Shown here piece after piece: positions 44,453 through 53,580 of a DNA stretch of 64,000 nucleotides. The notes under the pieces were generated by a model that searched no databases, was not told the DNA's origin, and saw nothing but the letters and a program-made list of their open reading frames with translations. The DNA lies in IMG/VR virus record IMGVR_UViG_3300047388_000107, positions 15,811 through 79,810 of that record. The stretch is one strand, 5' to 3'. Source of the stretch: a virus. Positions within the stretch are counted from its first letter, which is position 1. Each line of letters opens with the position of its first letter. Both the position numbers and the translations under genes were made by a program.

Positions 44453-44457
44453 CCGCT

Positions 44458-47103
44458 TCATGGATAATTCCCCGTGAACATGCCATGCGCTTTCTGCCAG
44501 TCTCGCTCGGACATCGGATAAGCCCCCGACGCTTCGCCGCCGGCAATCGCGCGCATGAACGGGATCGCAAACGCCGGATCGCGGATCATCTCCGGCGTAA
44601 TCACCATGCTGCTGGGGTAGCCGGGAATGGTGCTTCTGAGATTTCCGCTCCATTTGGAGATGGCATCTCCCACGGTTTTGCCGACATAGTTCTGGCTCAG
44701 GTTCTCGAAATTGGCGGCGGCGCCGGCAACCGGCGTGTCAAAGGTGGCTATCTTGTACTTGCCGCCGAGCAGGTCTTGTTGCCCGGTGGCGCCGTACATG
44801 GTGGCGATGTCACCGGGATACTGCGCGCCCGGGTTGTTATTACGAACGGTGGCAAATCCCGCGCCAGCCGGGTTTAACGGCGGCTCGTCGCTGTACTGGT
44901 CATAAGGCTGTCGCGCGATTTGCTGGAACGGGCCGTAGCTGTTGGCGGGGCTCTGGAAGTTCGCCATGGCGGCGGAAGGCGCGCTCATGGAGGCCGCCAG
45001 CCGGTCTCGCATCGCCGTGTCTCCCCCGAGACGTTCGACGACGGCAGGGGGCGGGGCGGCAGCGGGCGGGGCGGCGCGGCCATTTGGCGGACCGGGAATA
45101 GGCGCATTAGTCCAATCGAAGTTGAACGCGGGCGGCCGTGATTGCAGGATCGCCTGCACGCCCCGGCTGCCTTCATCATTCGCCCGGTTGGTGGAGATTT
45201 CGCCGTGGCCATAAAATGGCGTATTCGGATAGCGGGTGTTGGCGAACTGCGTCAGCGCAGCCAGCTGGGCGGGCGTCACATTCTTTTCGTTCTTGGCCAT
45301 GATTTCCATGCCGACGATGCTGCGGTTACTCACCCCCGTTTGTTTGGTTGAGACGCCCGAGCCCGGCATTTCGAGATCCTTGGCGTGGCCGGTGCCGGTG
45401 TAGCCGTACTCGTTGGCTGTGTCGTGAATGACGCCGTTGCGGTCCATGATGTATTGCGCCCCGACACCGGGACGCTCGGTCCGCCAGCTGTTGACGATGG
45501 CCTCGGGCGAACTGCCGCCGCCGGTATGGTGCACGACGAAAAGCTCCGGCTCCTGGCCGTTGGGCGCGAGCCGCGCGGCCGGGAAGACATCCGCCGGTGG
45601 ACGCGGCGCATTCGCGCCAGGATAGACCTGGGTGGCCGGGCTCTCGGCGGCATTGGCCTCGGCGGGACGCGCGCGTGGCAGCGGGATATCCCCTGTGGCC
45701 GCGTCGCTCGTCGCCGGACCGCCCGCCTCCCTGGCGCTTTCCGCCGTTCGCCCCAGGGGCAGCGGGATGGCGCCGGGCAGCGCCGCGTAGGGATCGGCGT
45801 TTGCCTCGGCCGGGCGCGCCACCGGCAGCGGCACCCGCTCGGTCGGGGCTTCGGCAGGCGGCACCGCAGGCGGCGGAATTTTCGGCGTTTCCGCCGTGGC
45901 GGGGCCGCCGCCCTTCGCCATGACTTCGGCGAGCCGGGCCCGGGCCTGCTCGCCCAGATCGGCCGCGGTCAGGCCGCCGCCACCCTGAATTTCGCCCCCG
46001 GAACGCGGGCTATACGGCGACGTGACGCCGAAATACGGATTATAGGCTTCGGTGACGGGCGGCCCGTTGGTTTTGAACTGGTTGGGCTCCGACGGCGGCT
46101 GATAAGTCTGGCCAGTCAGGCCGCCCCAGTCGAGCCCGCCGATCCCCCCAGCCACGCCACCGCTCTGCGGCCCGCTGGTGCCGACGATCGGAGCTGCGCC
46201 AGTATCGAACGGACTGCCGCCGATCGCATTGCCCCCGGCGCTGAAGCCTTGGCTCGGGTCATAGCCGACCAGCCGCTGCGCGTCGGGCAAGGTCGGCGCG
46301 CGGCCCCATCCGGCGTTGCCGCCGTTGAAGTCAAACGGCGGCTGCGCTTGTGACTTCGGTTGCAGGTTGGCCAACGGATCGGCACTGCTGCCGCCGACGC
46401 CCTGGCCGAACAGCGAACCGAAATTGACCGGCGGCTGCTGCGGCTGGGCCGCACGTGCGCCGCCGCTGCCGCCACCAAACAGCCCGGACCAGTCGATGGC
46501 GTTGTTGGGGCCCTGGTAGGCGCCGCCGAGGCCGCCCGCGAGGCCGCCGAACATCCCGGCGCCGAAGTCGGCCGCATGGGGCTGCTGCTGCTGCGCGGCC
46601 TGGGCGAGGCCGCCCCAGTCGATGCCGCCCGCCCCCGGAAACTGAAAACCGCGCGAACCGGTGTCGAACACGTTGGGCGTGGTCTGGTACGGCGACGCCC
46701 CCAGGCTGCCGAGGCCGCCGCCAAAGTCGTAGATGCTGCCGCCGAACCCGCTGGAGCCGCCGCCGCCCTGGAACGGCGAAGCGCCCGTCTCCCAGACGTT
46801 AGGTGTGGTCTGATAAGGCGACGCCCCGCCACCCCTGCCATACCCCGGGTCGGTGAAGACGCCGTACGGGCTCATGCCCGCGGCACTGTATTGCGCGCCG
46901 AGACCCGAATAATAGTTGGTCTGCTGGCCGAAGCCGCCACCGGACGAATACAGATTGTTGACGACGTTCTGGTTGCCGTAGGTCTCCGGCGCCCACGGCG
47001 CCGACACCTGTCCGGCCGACATCGTCCCCGCCCCGGTGCCGCCGCCAAGGAACGGGTTGCCGGAGAAGTTGCCCATGTAGGGAGTGCCGAAAACGTCGCT
47101 CAT
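44458..47103 (-). CDS. Virion-associated peptidoglycan hydrolase: low-complexity N-half, Amidase_2 domain and RNNNPG lysozyme-like domain
   Basis: VVHHT, QYIMDR.G, N..SIVGMEI, GHGE; RNNNPG...F.TP..G..A. Confidence 0.78.
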   Translation of the reverse strand: MSDVFGTPYMGNFSGNPFLGGGTGAGTMSAGQVSAPWAPETYGNQNVVNNLYSSGGGFGQQTNYYSGLGAQYSAAGMSPYGVFTDPGYGRGGGASPYQTTPNVWETGASPFQGGGGSSGFGGSIYDFGGGLGSLGASPYQTTPNVFDTGSRGFQFPGAGGIDWGGLAQAAQQQQPHAADFGAGMFGGLAGGLGGAYQGPNNAIDWSGLFGGGSGGARAAQPQQPPVNFGSLFGQGVGGSSADPLANLQPKSQAQPPFDFNGGNAGWGRAPTLPDAQRLVGYDPSQGFSAGGNAIGGSPFDTGAAPIVGTSGPQSGGVAGGIGGLDWGGLTGQTYQPPSEPNQFKTNGPPVTEAYNPYFGVTSPYSPRSGGEIQGGGGLTAADLGEQARARLAEVMAKGGGPATAETPKIPPPAVPPAEAPTERVPLPVARPAEANADPYAALPGAIPLPLGRTAESAREAGGPATSDAATGDIPLPRARPAEANAAESPATQVYPGANAPRPPADVFPAARLAPNGQEPELFVVHHTGGGSSPEAIVNSWRTERPGVGAQYIMDRNGVIHDTANEYGYTGTGHAKDLEMPGSGVSTKQTGVSNRSIVGMEIMAKNEKNVTPAQLAALTQFANTRYPNTPFYGHGEISTNRANDEGSRGVQAILQSRPPAFNFDWTNAPIPGPPNGRAAPPAAAPPPAVVERLGGDTAMRDRLAASMSAPSAAMANFQSPANSYGPFQQIARQPYDQYSDEPPLNPAGAGFATVRNNNPGAQYPGDIATMYGATGQQDLLGGKYKIATFDTPVAGAAANFENLSQNYVGKTVGDAISKWSGNLRSTIPGYPSSMVITPEMIRDPAFAIPFMRAIAGGEASGAYPMSERDWQKAHGMFTGNYP

Positions 47104-47525
47104 TTATCTACTTCCAGCCTGGCTTCGATCGCCGCAACCCGGTCAAGCAACGACGCGATGCCCGCCGGAGGCTCCAGCGGCGGCAGATCGCTGAAGGCGT
47201 CGGTGGCCGGGTCGTAGAGCTTCTGCCCGAAATCAGCCTGCGGATCGCTGCCGGTATAGTCGGTGATTTCCCGCACCAGTTGATTAGCCGGAAACAGCAT
47301 GGTCACGTCGGTGACGGCGACGCTGACGACGTACCCGGCATAACTGTCATTCCACAACGCCGTGAACTTGACCGTACCGGCGCCAAAATGCGTATCGGCC
47401 CTGACGTAGTCGTACCAATCGGCGCCATCGCTCTCCCGCTGCACGAACAGCGCGCCGCTCGGCGCGCCTAGCGGGAACGTGCCCGGCACGTAGACTTGCC
47501 AATTACCGTGATCGATAAAGCTCAT
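47100..47525 (-). CDS. Tail fibre assembly-like protein
   Basis: F...E.DG.DWY...D...LFP; follows a fibre gene. Confidence 0.65.
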   Translation of the reverse strand: MSFIDHGNWQVYVPGTFPLGAPSGALFVQRESDGADWYDYVRADTHFGAGTVKFTALWNDSYAGYVVSVAVTDVTMLFPANQLVREITDYTGSDPQADFGQKLYDPATDAFSDLPPLEPPAGIASLLDRVAAIEARLEVDK

Positions 47526-48604
47526 CAGGCGTACCCCACTGTGTACCAACCGTTCGTATACATCTGCAGGTATCGCCACCGGAACATGACCGGAACGACC
47601 CAAGCGGGCCCGGGCTCGATGATGATGTCAAACCCGGTCATGACCGCGCCCGCATACGGTTCTTTCATCGAGCCCGGCCCTCCCATGCTGCCGGTGCCGA
47701 CGTCCCCTGCGTAGACCAGCCGCACATTCGAGACGAGGTTCGCCCCTGGCGCCACCGCAAAGTCGCGCGTCGTCCAGAACTTGTAGCTGGTGCTGGCGCC
47801 GTGCGACGAGCCGCCCATGTAGAAATTGCCGTCAGAGCCCAGCCCGAAATTGGCGGCAAAATATCCGGGGGCGTAGAAACCGATCGCCGCGTTGGCGCCA
47901 CCCATAATCTGAAGGGTGCCAGCCAGACTGGCGGAAGCGATGTTGCCGCCAACGGCGGTCACGAGCGCGCCGGTCAGCGTGCCGCCTGCCAGCGGCAGCT
48001 TGCTGGCCGCCGCGTTGGCAGCCGTGGTGTCAACGTATTGCTTGGTGGCGACGCCGAGCGCCGCCGCCGGGTTGGCCTTGACGGTCAACAGCCCGGTGGC
48101 GCGCGAACCGGCCAGCACGTCGCCGATCAGGCTGCCATCGTCATGGTAGTTGATCAATTCGAAATCCGACCCGGCGTCGCTGCCGCCCTCGGCGGTTAAG
48201 TTGCCGAGCACGATCTCCCAGCGGTTTTTGTCGGCCTTCTGGCCGAAGATGCTGTTCTTGAAACCCGGTTGGCCGTCCAGGGTAAGCGCCGGGTCGTTCT
48301 GCTTGATGACTACGTCGCCGGTCAGCGGCGTGCTGCCATCGAGCGCCAGCTTGGTGTCCGCATAGGCCTTGGTGGCGGCGTCCTGCGGGTTGATCGGATC
48401 GGCCAGCGCCGTGATGCGTTTCGAATTGAAGGGAATATTCTGGGTGATGGTGGTCTGGCCGTCCTTGACGATGCACTGGCTCAGACCGCTGGCGAGGTTG
48501 TTGTCTTCGTCGTCGTGCCGGTCCGCGCGGATCTTGGTGCCCGCGGTCGCGTCCGCGACCCAGCTGTACAACCGCAGGAAAGTGCCGAAGCCGTCGAACG
48601 CCAT
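47525..48604 (-). CDS. Tail fibre protein
   Basis: N-terminal adaptor-binding region (GLS.C..KDG), RIT.LADP...DAATK, LPLAGGTLTG. Confidence 0.8.
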   Translation of the reverse strand: MAFDGFGTFLRLYSWVADATAGTKIRADRHDDEDNNLASGLSQCIVKDGQTTITQNIPFNSKRITALADPINPQDAATKAYADTKLALDGSTPLTGDVVIKQNDPALTLDGQPGFKNSIFGQKADKNRWEIVLGNLTAEGGSDAGSDFELINYHDDGSLIGDVLAGSRATGLLTVKANPAAALGVATKQYVDTTAANAAASKLPLAGGTLTGALVTAVGGNIASASLAGTLQIMGGANAAIGFYAPGYFAANFGLGSDGNFYMGGSSHGASTSYKFWTTRDFAVAPGANLVSNVRLVYAGDVGTGSMGGPGSMKEPYAGAVMTGFDIIIEPGPAWVVPVMFRWRYLQMYTNGWYTVGYA

Positions 48605-48608
48605 GGCA

Positions 48609-49118
48609 TCACTCCTTCGCTTTCGGCAGAGCGTACTGCGACACGGGTACCGGTTTAAGCGGTACGGACGCCTCACGCCCGGTGCCTGGCGTCAAATCGT
48701 ATTTCCCGCCTGTTGCCGCCCCGCTCACCCTGCGCCCGGTGATCTGACTTACCTCCGGATGCTGACTGCGGAATTGCGCCAGCAGATCCCGCAGGGCCGC
48801 AGGCCCCAACCCGCCCCGGCCCAGCTCGCGGGGCGCGTTGAGCTGCATGATGTCCTCCACCCGGGCGACGTTGTCGGGAAGAAACCGCATCAGTATCTCG
48901 GCCTGTGTCGCCCCCTCCGGATCGAGCGCCTTGTAGTACTTTTCATTGGCCCGGAGCTGGGCGGGCTCGTACACCCCACCTTCCGGGGCCTGCGTCAGCG
49001 TGAGTCTGGGAGCCTTGACCGACAAGCCGCCGCCGGACGACGCCAGCGCGACCTTCATCGCGTTGTCGATATCCTCGTCCGTGATATTCACCAGCGGGCT
49101 TGCCGTACTGTATGGCAT
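48609..49118 (-). CDS. Late hypothetical protein ending SQYALPKAKE
   Basis: In-operon ORF. Confidence 0.6.
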   Translation of the reverse strand: MPYSTASPLVNITDEDIDNAMKVALASSGGGLSVKAPRLTLTQAPEGGVYEPAQLRANEKYYKALDPEGATQAEILMRFLPDNVARVEDIMQLNAPRELGRGGLGPAALRDLLAQFRSQHPEVSQITGRRVSGAATGGKYDLTPGTGREASVPLKPVPVSQYALPKAKE

Positions 49119-49119
49119 C

Positions 49120-49329
49120 TCAGCAACCCTTCAGCTTCATCATCGGTTTCGAGCCGCTGGATTTCGGCAGTCCGAACTGCTTCGAGCTTTTGCTCGGCCG
49201 TTGCGCCTTCTGCATCGGCTTGGTCTTGGTGTAGCCGTCTTCCTCGGCAACCGCGACCGCGTCAGGCCGTGGAATGCGGGCGTAGTCGGCCTTGACTACC
49301 GGCGGGATGTCAGCAGTTGTCTTTGGCAT
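49120..49329 (-). CDS. Small basic late protein
   Basis: Lys-rich; QFGLPK motif. Confidence 0.55.
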   Translation of the reverse strand: MPKTTADIPPVVKADYARIPRPDAVAVAEEDGYTKTKPMQKAQRPSKSSKQFGLPKSSGSKPMMKLKGC

Positions 49330-49498
49330 CTCTCATCCCTTTCGATTTCGGCAGCGAATATTGGCTTGATTTCTTTCTCTTGTCGGCTTCGTAGAATTCC
49401 TTGCCGACCGGCTGCGGGATATCAACCTTGGCGGCAAACGCGGGTGAGTGCGCTACGGCGCGCATCAGCTTTTCCTGTGCGGGTGATTTCGACGGCAT
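49310..49498 (-). CDS. Small conserved basic phage protein
   Basis: MPSKS.AQ..LM.AVAH.P.FA.KV.IPQ.VGKEF..AD. Confidence 0.75.
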   Translation of the reverse strand: MPSKSPAQEKLMRAVAHSPAFAAKVDIPQPVGKEFYEADKRKKSSQYSLPKSKGMRDAKDNC

Positions 49499-49500
49499 TT

Positions 49501-51066
49501 TCACTCTCCTAGCTTGCTGCCTGCATACGCCGCGCCGCCGCGCTGCGCGGCCTGTTTCGCCAGCAGCGTGCGCAACGCATCCGGCGGAATAGCCTTGGGC
49601 TGCGAGCCGGTGATGCTGCGGATCAGTTCATCGATGTTGGCCGCGCCGCGATTGGCCGCCGCACGGTCCAGCAGAGCTTTCACCGCGCCGCCGCCCGCCG
49701 CACCGCCGCCCAGCGCGCTCGGGATGAGACCAACGCCACCGTGCAACCCGAGCGCCCCGGCGCCGACGCCTGCGGCCACCCGCAATGCCGGGCTGCCCGC
49801 CACTGCGCCGAGATTGCGATAGGTGTTCTGCAGTTTGTCGCCGCTCACGATCTTGGCCAGCAGATCGCGCTGGGCAGCATCATACGGGCTGTACGCTCCC
49901 GGTTTTTCGGTCTTCTCCAAAATCGGACGAAAGGCCGCGCGATTGGCTTCGTCGGGATTGACGCCGGACTTGGACAGCGCCTTGCGTTCGGCCTTGCCCG
50001 CCGTATAGCCGACATCGTCAGCCAGCATGGCCGATTTCCAGAGTTTCTTGGCTTCGGTGTGGACGGCGGCGACATCGACCCCGGCCGGATTGATGGCGGG
50101 CTTGTTGTTCAGCACCAGATCATCGATCTGGCCGATGATTTCCCCGGCCGCACGGCGGGTCGAAGGGTCCGGACCCCGGGCCTGTTCGGCGAGCGCGGAT
50201 CGAATGTTGTTCAGCTCGGTGAATTTGGCACCCTGCGGCTGCGCCGCGAGCGTGCCCAGCTGATCGACATAGCCTTTCAGCGTCGGGTTGGCGTGCGGAT
50301 TGTACTTGTTGTTGGCGATCAGATCATCGAGGCCCTGCTTCAGCGCTTTGGTCTGCGGCTGGGCATAGGCGATGCCGTTCTGATCGAGGGTCTCGAACAG
50401 TGGCTTGGCGGCGGCTTTCAGCTCTTCCGGGGTGGCGCCCTGGTTGGCCTTGCGGACGGCTTCCTCCGCCCCTTTCACCCCGGGGATAAATTTGGCTGCG
50501 CCGCCAACCACGGCCGACGTGCCCGCGCCGAGCACGCCGCCAATCGTCGCGCCCTGGGTGGCGCTCCCCACGTCTTCCGCGTTCCTGGCGGCACCCTCGA
50601 TGGCGCCGGTGGTGGCGCCCTGCGCGATGATCCGGCTGAGCAATTCCCGGCCGCCCTTAACCGCACCTTTACCGGCCTGCGCGATCTTGCCCACCGGTGG
50701 TGCGGCGAGACCGCCCGCGACATCGGTCACGATGCCGAGCGCACCCGGCGTGTTCTCTTCGCCTTTCTTGAAGTAGTCTTCCGCCGCACCCACCCCCGCG
50801 CGATAACGCTCGCCCGCGGTAGTACCCGGATCGAACACGCCGGTGACGGCACGCGCCGCCCCGCTCAGCGGCCGCGACAGCCCGAGCGTCGCGGCGTCGA
50901 TGAACCGTTCGCCGTAGCCCGGCTCGCCGCGGCTCATGATTTCACCGCCGTACTTGGCGCGCAGCGCCTTCTCGCGGTCCGCCGCCGTCGCGTCGAGCTT
51001 GAAACCGGCAGGCAGATCCGCGGCGGGCTCGTCCAGGGTGAAACCGGCAGGGAGATCGCTCGCCAT
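49501..51066 (-). CDS. Internal virion/ejection protein
   Basis: DLPAGF.LD x2 at the N-terminus; Gly/Ala-rich membrane-active segments. Confidence 0.7.
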   Translation of the reverse strand: MASDLPAGFTLDEPAADLPAGFKLDATAADREKALRAKYGGEIMSRGEPGYGERFIDAATLGLSRPLSGAARAVTGVFDPGTTAGERYRAGVGAAEDYFKKGEENTPGALGIVTDVAGGLAAPPVGKIAQAGKGAVKGGRELLSRIIAQGATTGAIEGAARNAEDVGSATQGATIGGVLGAGTSAVVGGAAKFIPGVKGAEEAVRKANQGATPEELKAAAKPLFETLDQNGIAYAQPQTKALKQGLDDLIANNKYNPHANPTLKGYVDQLGTLAAQPQGAKFTELNNIRSALAEQARGPDPSTRRAAGEIIGQIDDLVLNNKPAINPAGVDVAAVHTEAKKLWKSAMLADDVGYTAGKAERKALSKSGVNPDEANRAAFRPILEKTEKPGAYSPYDAAQRDLLAKIVSGDKLQNTYRNLGAVAGSPALRVAAGVGAGALGLHGGVGLIPSALGGGAAGGGAVKALLDRAAANRGAANIDELIRSITGSQPKAIPPDALRTLLAKQAAQRGGAAYAGSKLGE

Positions 51067-52163
51067 CACACCGGCCCCCATTTGCCGCCGCGGCGAACGA
51101 TCTTCTTGCCGTCCGGGCTGGTGGCGGTGCGGCCTTCCAGCGGGTCGGCAGCGCTCGGCGTCGCACCCGCCGCCGGTATTTCAACCTTGACTGGCGCAGT
51201 GCCCATGCCTTTCAGCGTCTGCTCGGAGGAGGCCAGATGCGCATCCATCTGGGCCCGCAGGATCTTGAGCGCCTGCACCTTGTTCTCCTTGGGCGCCGAC
51301 GGATCGTTCACCGTGGTGGTGGCCCAGTCCATGTCCTTGTTCGACGCCGGGCCCTTCAGCGCTTTCAGTTGCGCCACCACTTCCGAACTCATGATCTGGC
51401 TGTAGCGCTTGCTGCGCGCGGTGGTCTCCGGATCGGTGCCGGTGATACCCTGTAGTACGCCCGGTACGGACTGCCCATAGGTGGTTTTGGCTCCCGCGCC
51501 GCTGCCGTGATAGATGCCCTTGTCCAACAGATCGGCGGCTTCCGCCAGCTTGGCCGCGGTGGTTTGCAGGTTGATGTTTTCGTCCCGCGCCTGGCCCAGC
51601 GCGGCCTGGTCGGCCGGGCTCGGCTGGGTTTTCTTCCTGATCTCGGCCTGGATTTCCTCTTCGGTCGGCTTGCGGCCAACGTCGGCGGTGAGCTTGCCGA
51701 TATCGCTTTGCGGATGCGCCTGCGAGAGCCGGTCCTGCTCGGCCAGATAGGCCTGATCCGTCTGCGCCTTCGCTGCCGCCGCTTCCTTGCGGGCGGCAAG
51801 TTCTTCAGCCCCCTGCCGCGCCGAAAACGCCTGCTGGGCATACAGCTTGCCGAGTTCTGGATCGGCGGTGGTAATTCCCGCCTGCTGCTGCGGAGTCGGG
51901 CCCTCGGGCCCTACCCCACTTATGATGTTGGCGAGATCTTGGCGGCGCTGTCCTGCCGCTTGATCCGCCCGCTTGGTGGCGAACGCATCCGCTACGGTGT
52001 TGGCGAGATATCCAGCGCCCTGCCAGGGGCTCGGCAGGCTGGTCGGCATCTCCTGCTTGGCCTGCGTCGCCGCCAGCGCCTGCGCCCGGGCCTCTAGAGC
52101 CTTGATGCTCATGGCGCGGGACGGGTCGCTGGAACCGAGGGTGGTGGATGCAAAGATCGCCAT
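51066..52163 (-). CDS. Internal virion/ejection protein
   Basis: Ala/Gln helical; LKG..S..D; C-terminal G.TAT..DG.......GKW. Confidence 0.7.
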   Translation of the reverse strand: MAIFASTTLGSSDPSRAMSIKALEARAQALAATQAKQEMPTSLPSPWQGAGYLANTVADAFATKRADQAAGQRRQDLANIISGVGPEGPTPQQQAGITTADPELGKLYAQQAFSARQGAEELAARKEAAAAKAQTDQAYLAEQDRLSQAHPQSDIGKLTADVGRKPTEEEIQAEIRKKTQPSPADQAALGQARDENINLQTTAAKLAEAADLLDKGIYHGSGAGAKTTYGQSVPGVLQGITGTDPETTARSKRYSQIMSSEVVAQLKALKGPASNKDMDWATTTVNDPSAPKENKVQALKILRAQMDAHLASSEQTLKGMGTAPVKVEIPAAGATPSAADPLEGRTATSPDGKKIVRRGGKWGPV

Positions 52164-52164
52164 G

Positions 52165-52947
52165 TCAGACCAGCCTCCCAGAGTTCAGCCGCTGCATCGC
52201 CAACGCCAGTTGCTGACGCTGATTGTCCGCCACCCGGGGGTCGACCATCGGCACCACTTGCGCCGGAGGTGGCGTCGGCGCGACCGGAACCGGGCTGATG
52301 GGCGCGGTGGCGGTGGGGTTCCTGGCCAGGCCCGTGGCCGCGGTGGCCTGCCCAAGGCCTTTGATAGCCTCATCCAGGCCCGTAGCCGCGTTGCCCTTCG
52401 GATCCTTCAGCTTGTCGAGCCAATCGCCTGGTGAGGCTCCTGAAGCCGTCTGCGGGGTATTTGGCGCGACGGTCGGGGTAATGGTCGAGATATCAGTACC
52501 CTTCACCTTGTCACTGGTGTCCGTGGGGGCTGGTTCCGTTTCCGCCACAGCCGCACTCGCCCCGCCACCGCCGATCCCATCCCATTTGCCGACCCCGACC
52601 TTGGCTGCGCCGTACCACGGGCCCCAGCCCCCCTTGGCCGCTTCGCGCAGGGCGTAATCAATCGTGGCCTTCTCGTTCGCCGGATCGAGCGGGTCGAGCC
52701 CGGTCTCCTTCTTGAACTTGTTGCCGAGCCCGCCGCCGGTGTAGAGCTGAAACGCGCCGCCCGACTTGCCGCCGTCGCCAGAGAAGTCGCGCAGGCCCTC
52801 GGACTTCGCCACCTTGAGCGCGATTTCCGGATCGACCCCGTGTTTCCGGGCGGTCTCGCGAATATACCCCGCCAAGCCGCGCGGATCGTCCCGGCTGGGC
52901 TTGCCCGCCATCTCATCTGGTTTCGGCAGCGCGTATTGCCGGGCCAC
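52165..52947 (-). CDS. Lytic transglycosylase-domain virion protein
   Basis: I...A..HGVDP..AL.VA.SEG, G.FQL, GW.PW. Confidence 0.78.
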   Translation of the reverse strand: MARQYALPKPDEMAGKPSRDDPRGLAGYIRETARKHGVDPEIALKVAKSEGLRDFSGDGGKSGGAFQLYTGGGLGNKFKKETGLDPLDPANEKATIDYALREAAKGGWGPWYGAAKVGVGKWDGIGGGGASAAVAETEPAPTDTSDKVKGTDISTITPTVAPNTPQTASGASPGDWLDKLKDPKGNAATGLDEAIKGLGQATAATGLARNPTATAPISPVPVAPTPPPAQVVPMVDPRVADNQRQQLALAMQRLNSGRLV

Positions 52948-52957
52948 ATCATCCTCC

Positions 52958-53374
52958 TTACGACCAGACGCCGCCGCGCAGCGACATCACGCTCGGGCCG
53001 TCCGTCGGACTGCCGCTGGACGCCGCCGCTGGCGACCACGACCCGCCCGGCCGCGCGGCGCCGAATTGCCCATTGCCGCCGCCGCTGCTTACTTGCGACT
53101 GCAACGCTGCCAGCTGTTGCCGCAGGCTGTCGATATCGCTCGGAGCGACCTGGCCTTGCGGCGACTTGTACTGGAACATCTCGGAGGTCAGGCCCCGGGC
53201 CGAGGGCGCCGGACCCTGACCCGCAGGCGGGATATCCGGCAGGAAGTTCTGAAACTTGCCGTAGTTCTGCGGATTGTCGTTCGACGCTCCCTGCCCGGCG
53301 ATCGGAATGCCCGGCATCGGTACGCCGCCCTGCGACAGAAACATCGGGTTGGCGCTGCCGCCACTAGAGCCCAT
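52958..53374 (-). CDS. Low-complexity late protein
   Basis: In-operon ORF; short coiled coil. Confidence 0.5.
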   Translation of the reverse strand: MGSSGGSANPMFLSQGGVPMPGIPIAGQGASNDNPQNYGKFQNFLPDIPPAGQGPAPSARGLTSEMFQYKSPQGQVAPSDIDSLRQQLAALQSQVSSGGGNGQFGAARPGGSWSPAAASSGSPTDGPSVMSLRGGVWS

Positions 53375-53561
53375 GACGCTCTCCACCCTTCGCTGGCGGG
53401 CCCTCGATGGTTTCGATCAAAGCCTCTTCCACCGAAAACCCGCGCACGTTCTCGCAATCCTCGCGCGCGGCCGATGCTGCAAGCCCAGTCATGCCGCACA
53501 ACCGGCAAGTGCCGATAAAAGGCCCGCCTTTGGGTGATGTCCGTTCAACATGGTGTTTCAT
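53364..53561 (-). CDS. Small Cys/His protein
   Basis: H..ERT.PKG..FIG.C.LCG...C. Confidence 0.5.
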   Translation of the reverse strand: MKHHVERTSPKGGPFIGTCRLCGMTGLAASAAREDCENVRGFSVEEALIETIEGPPAKGGERHGL

Positions 53562-53580
53562 TGGCTGCTTTCTCCTGCGT

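Noticed and set aside
40234-48604. Diversity-generating retroelement or invertible tail-fibre cassette
   Set aside because: No reverse transcriptase, invertase or adenine-specific TR/VR pair seen
49741-51405. Long plus-strand ORFs in the right arm (also 57385-58383, 59067-60077, 60064-61485)
   Set aside because: Antisense shadows of high-GC genes with no motifs
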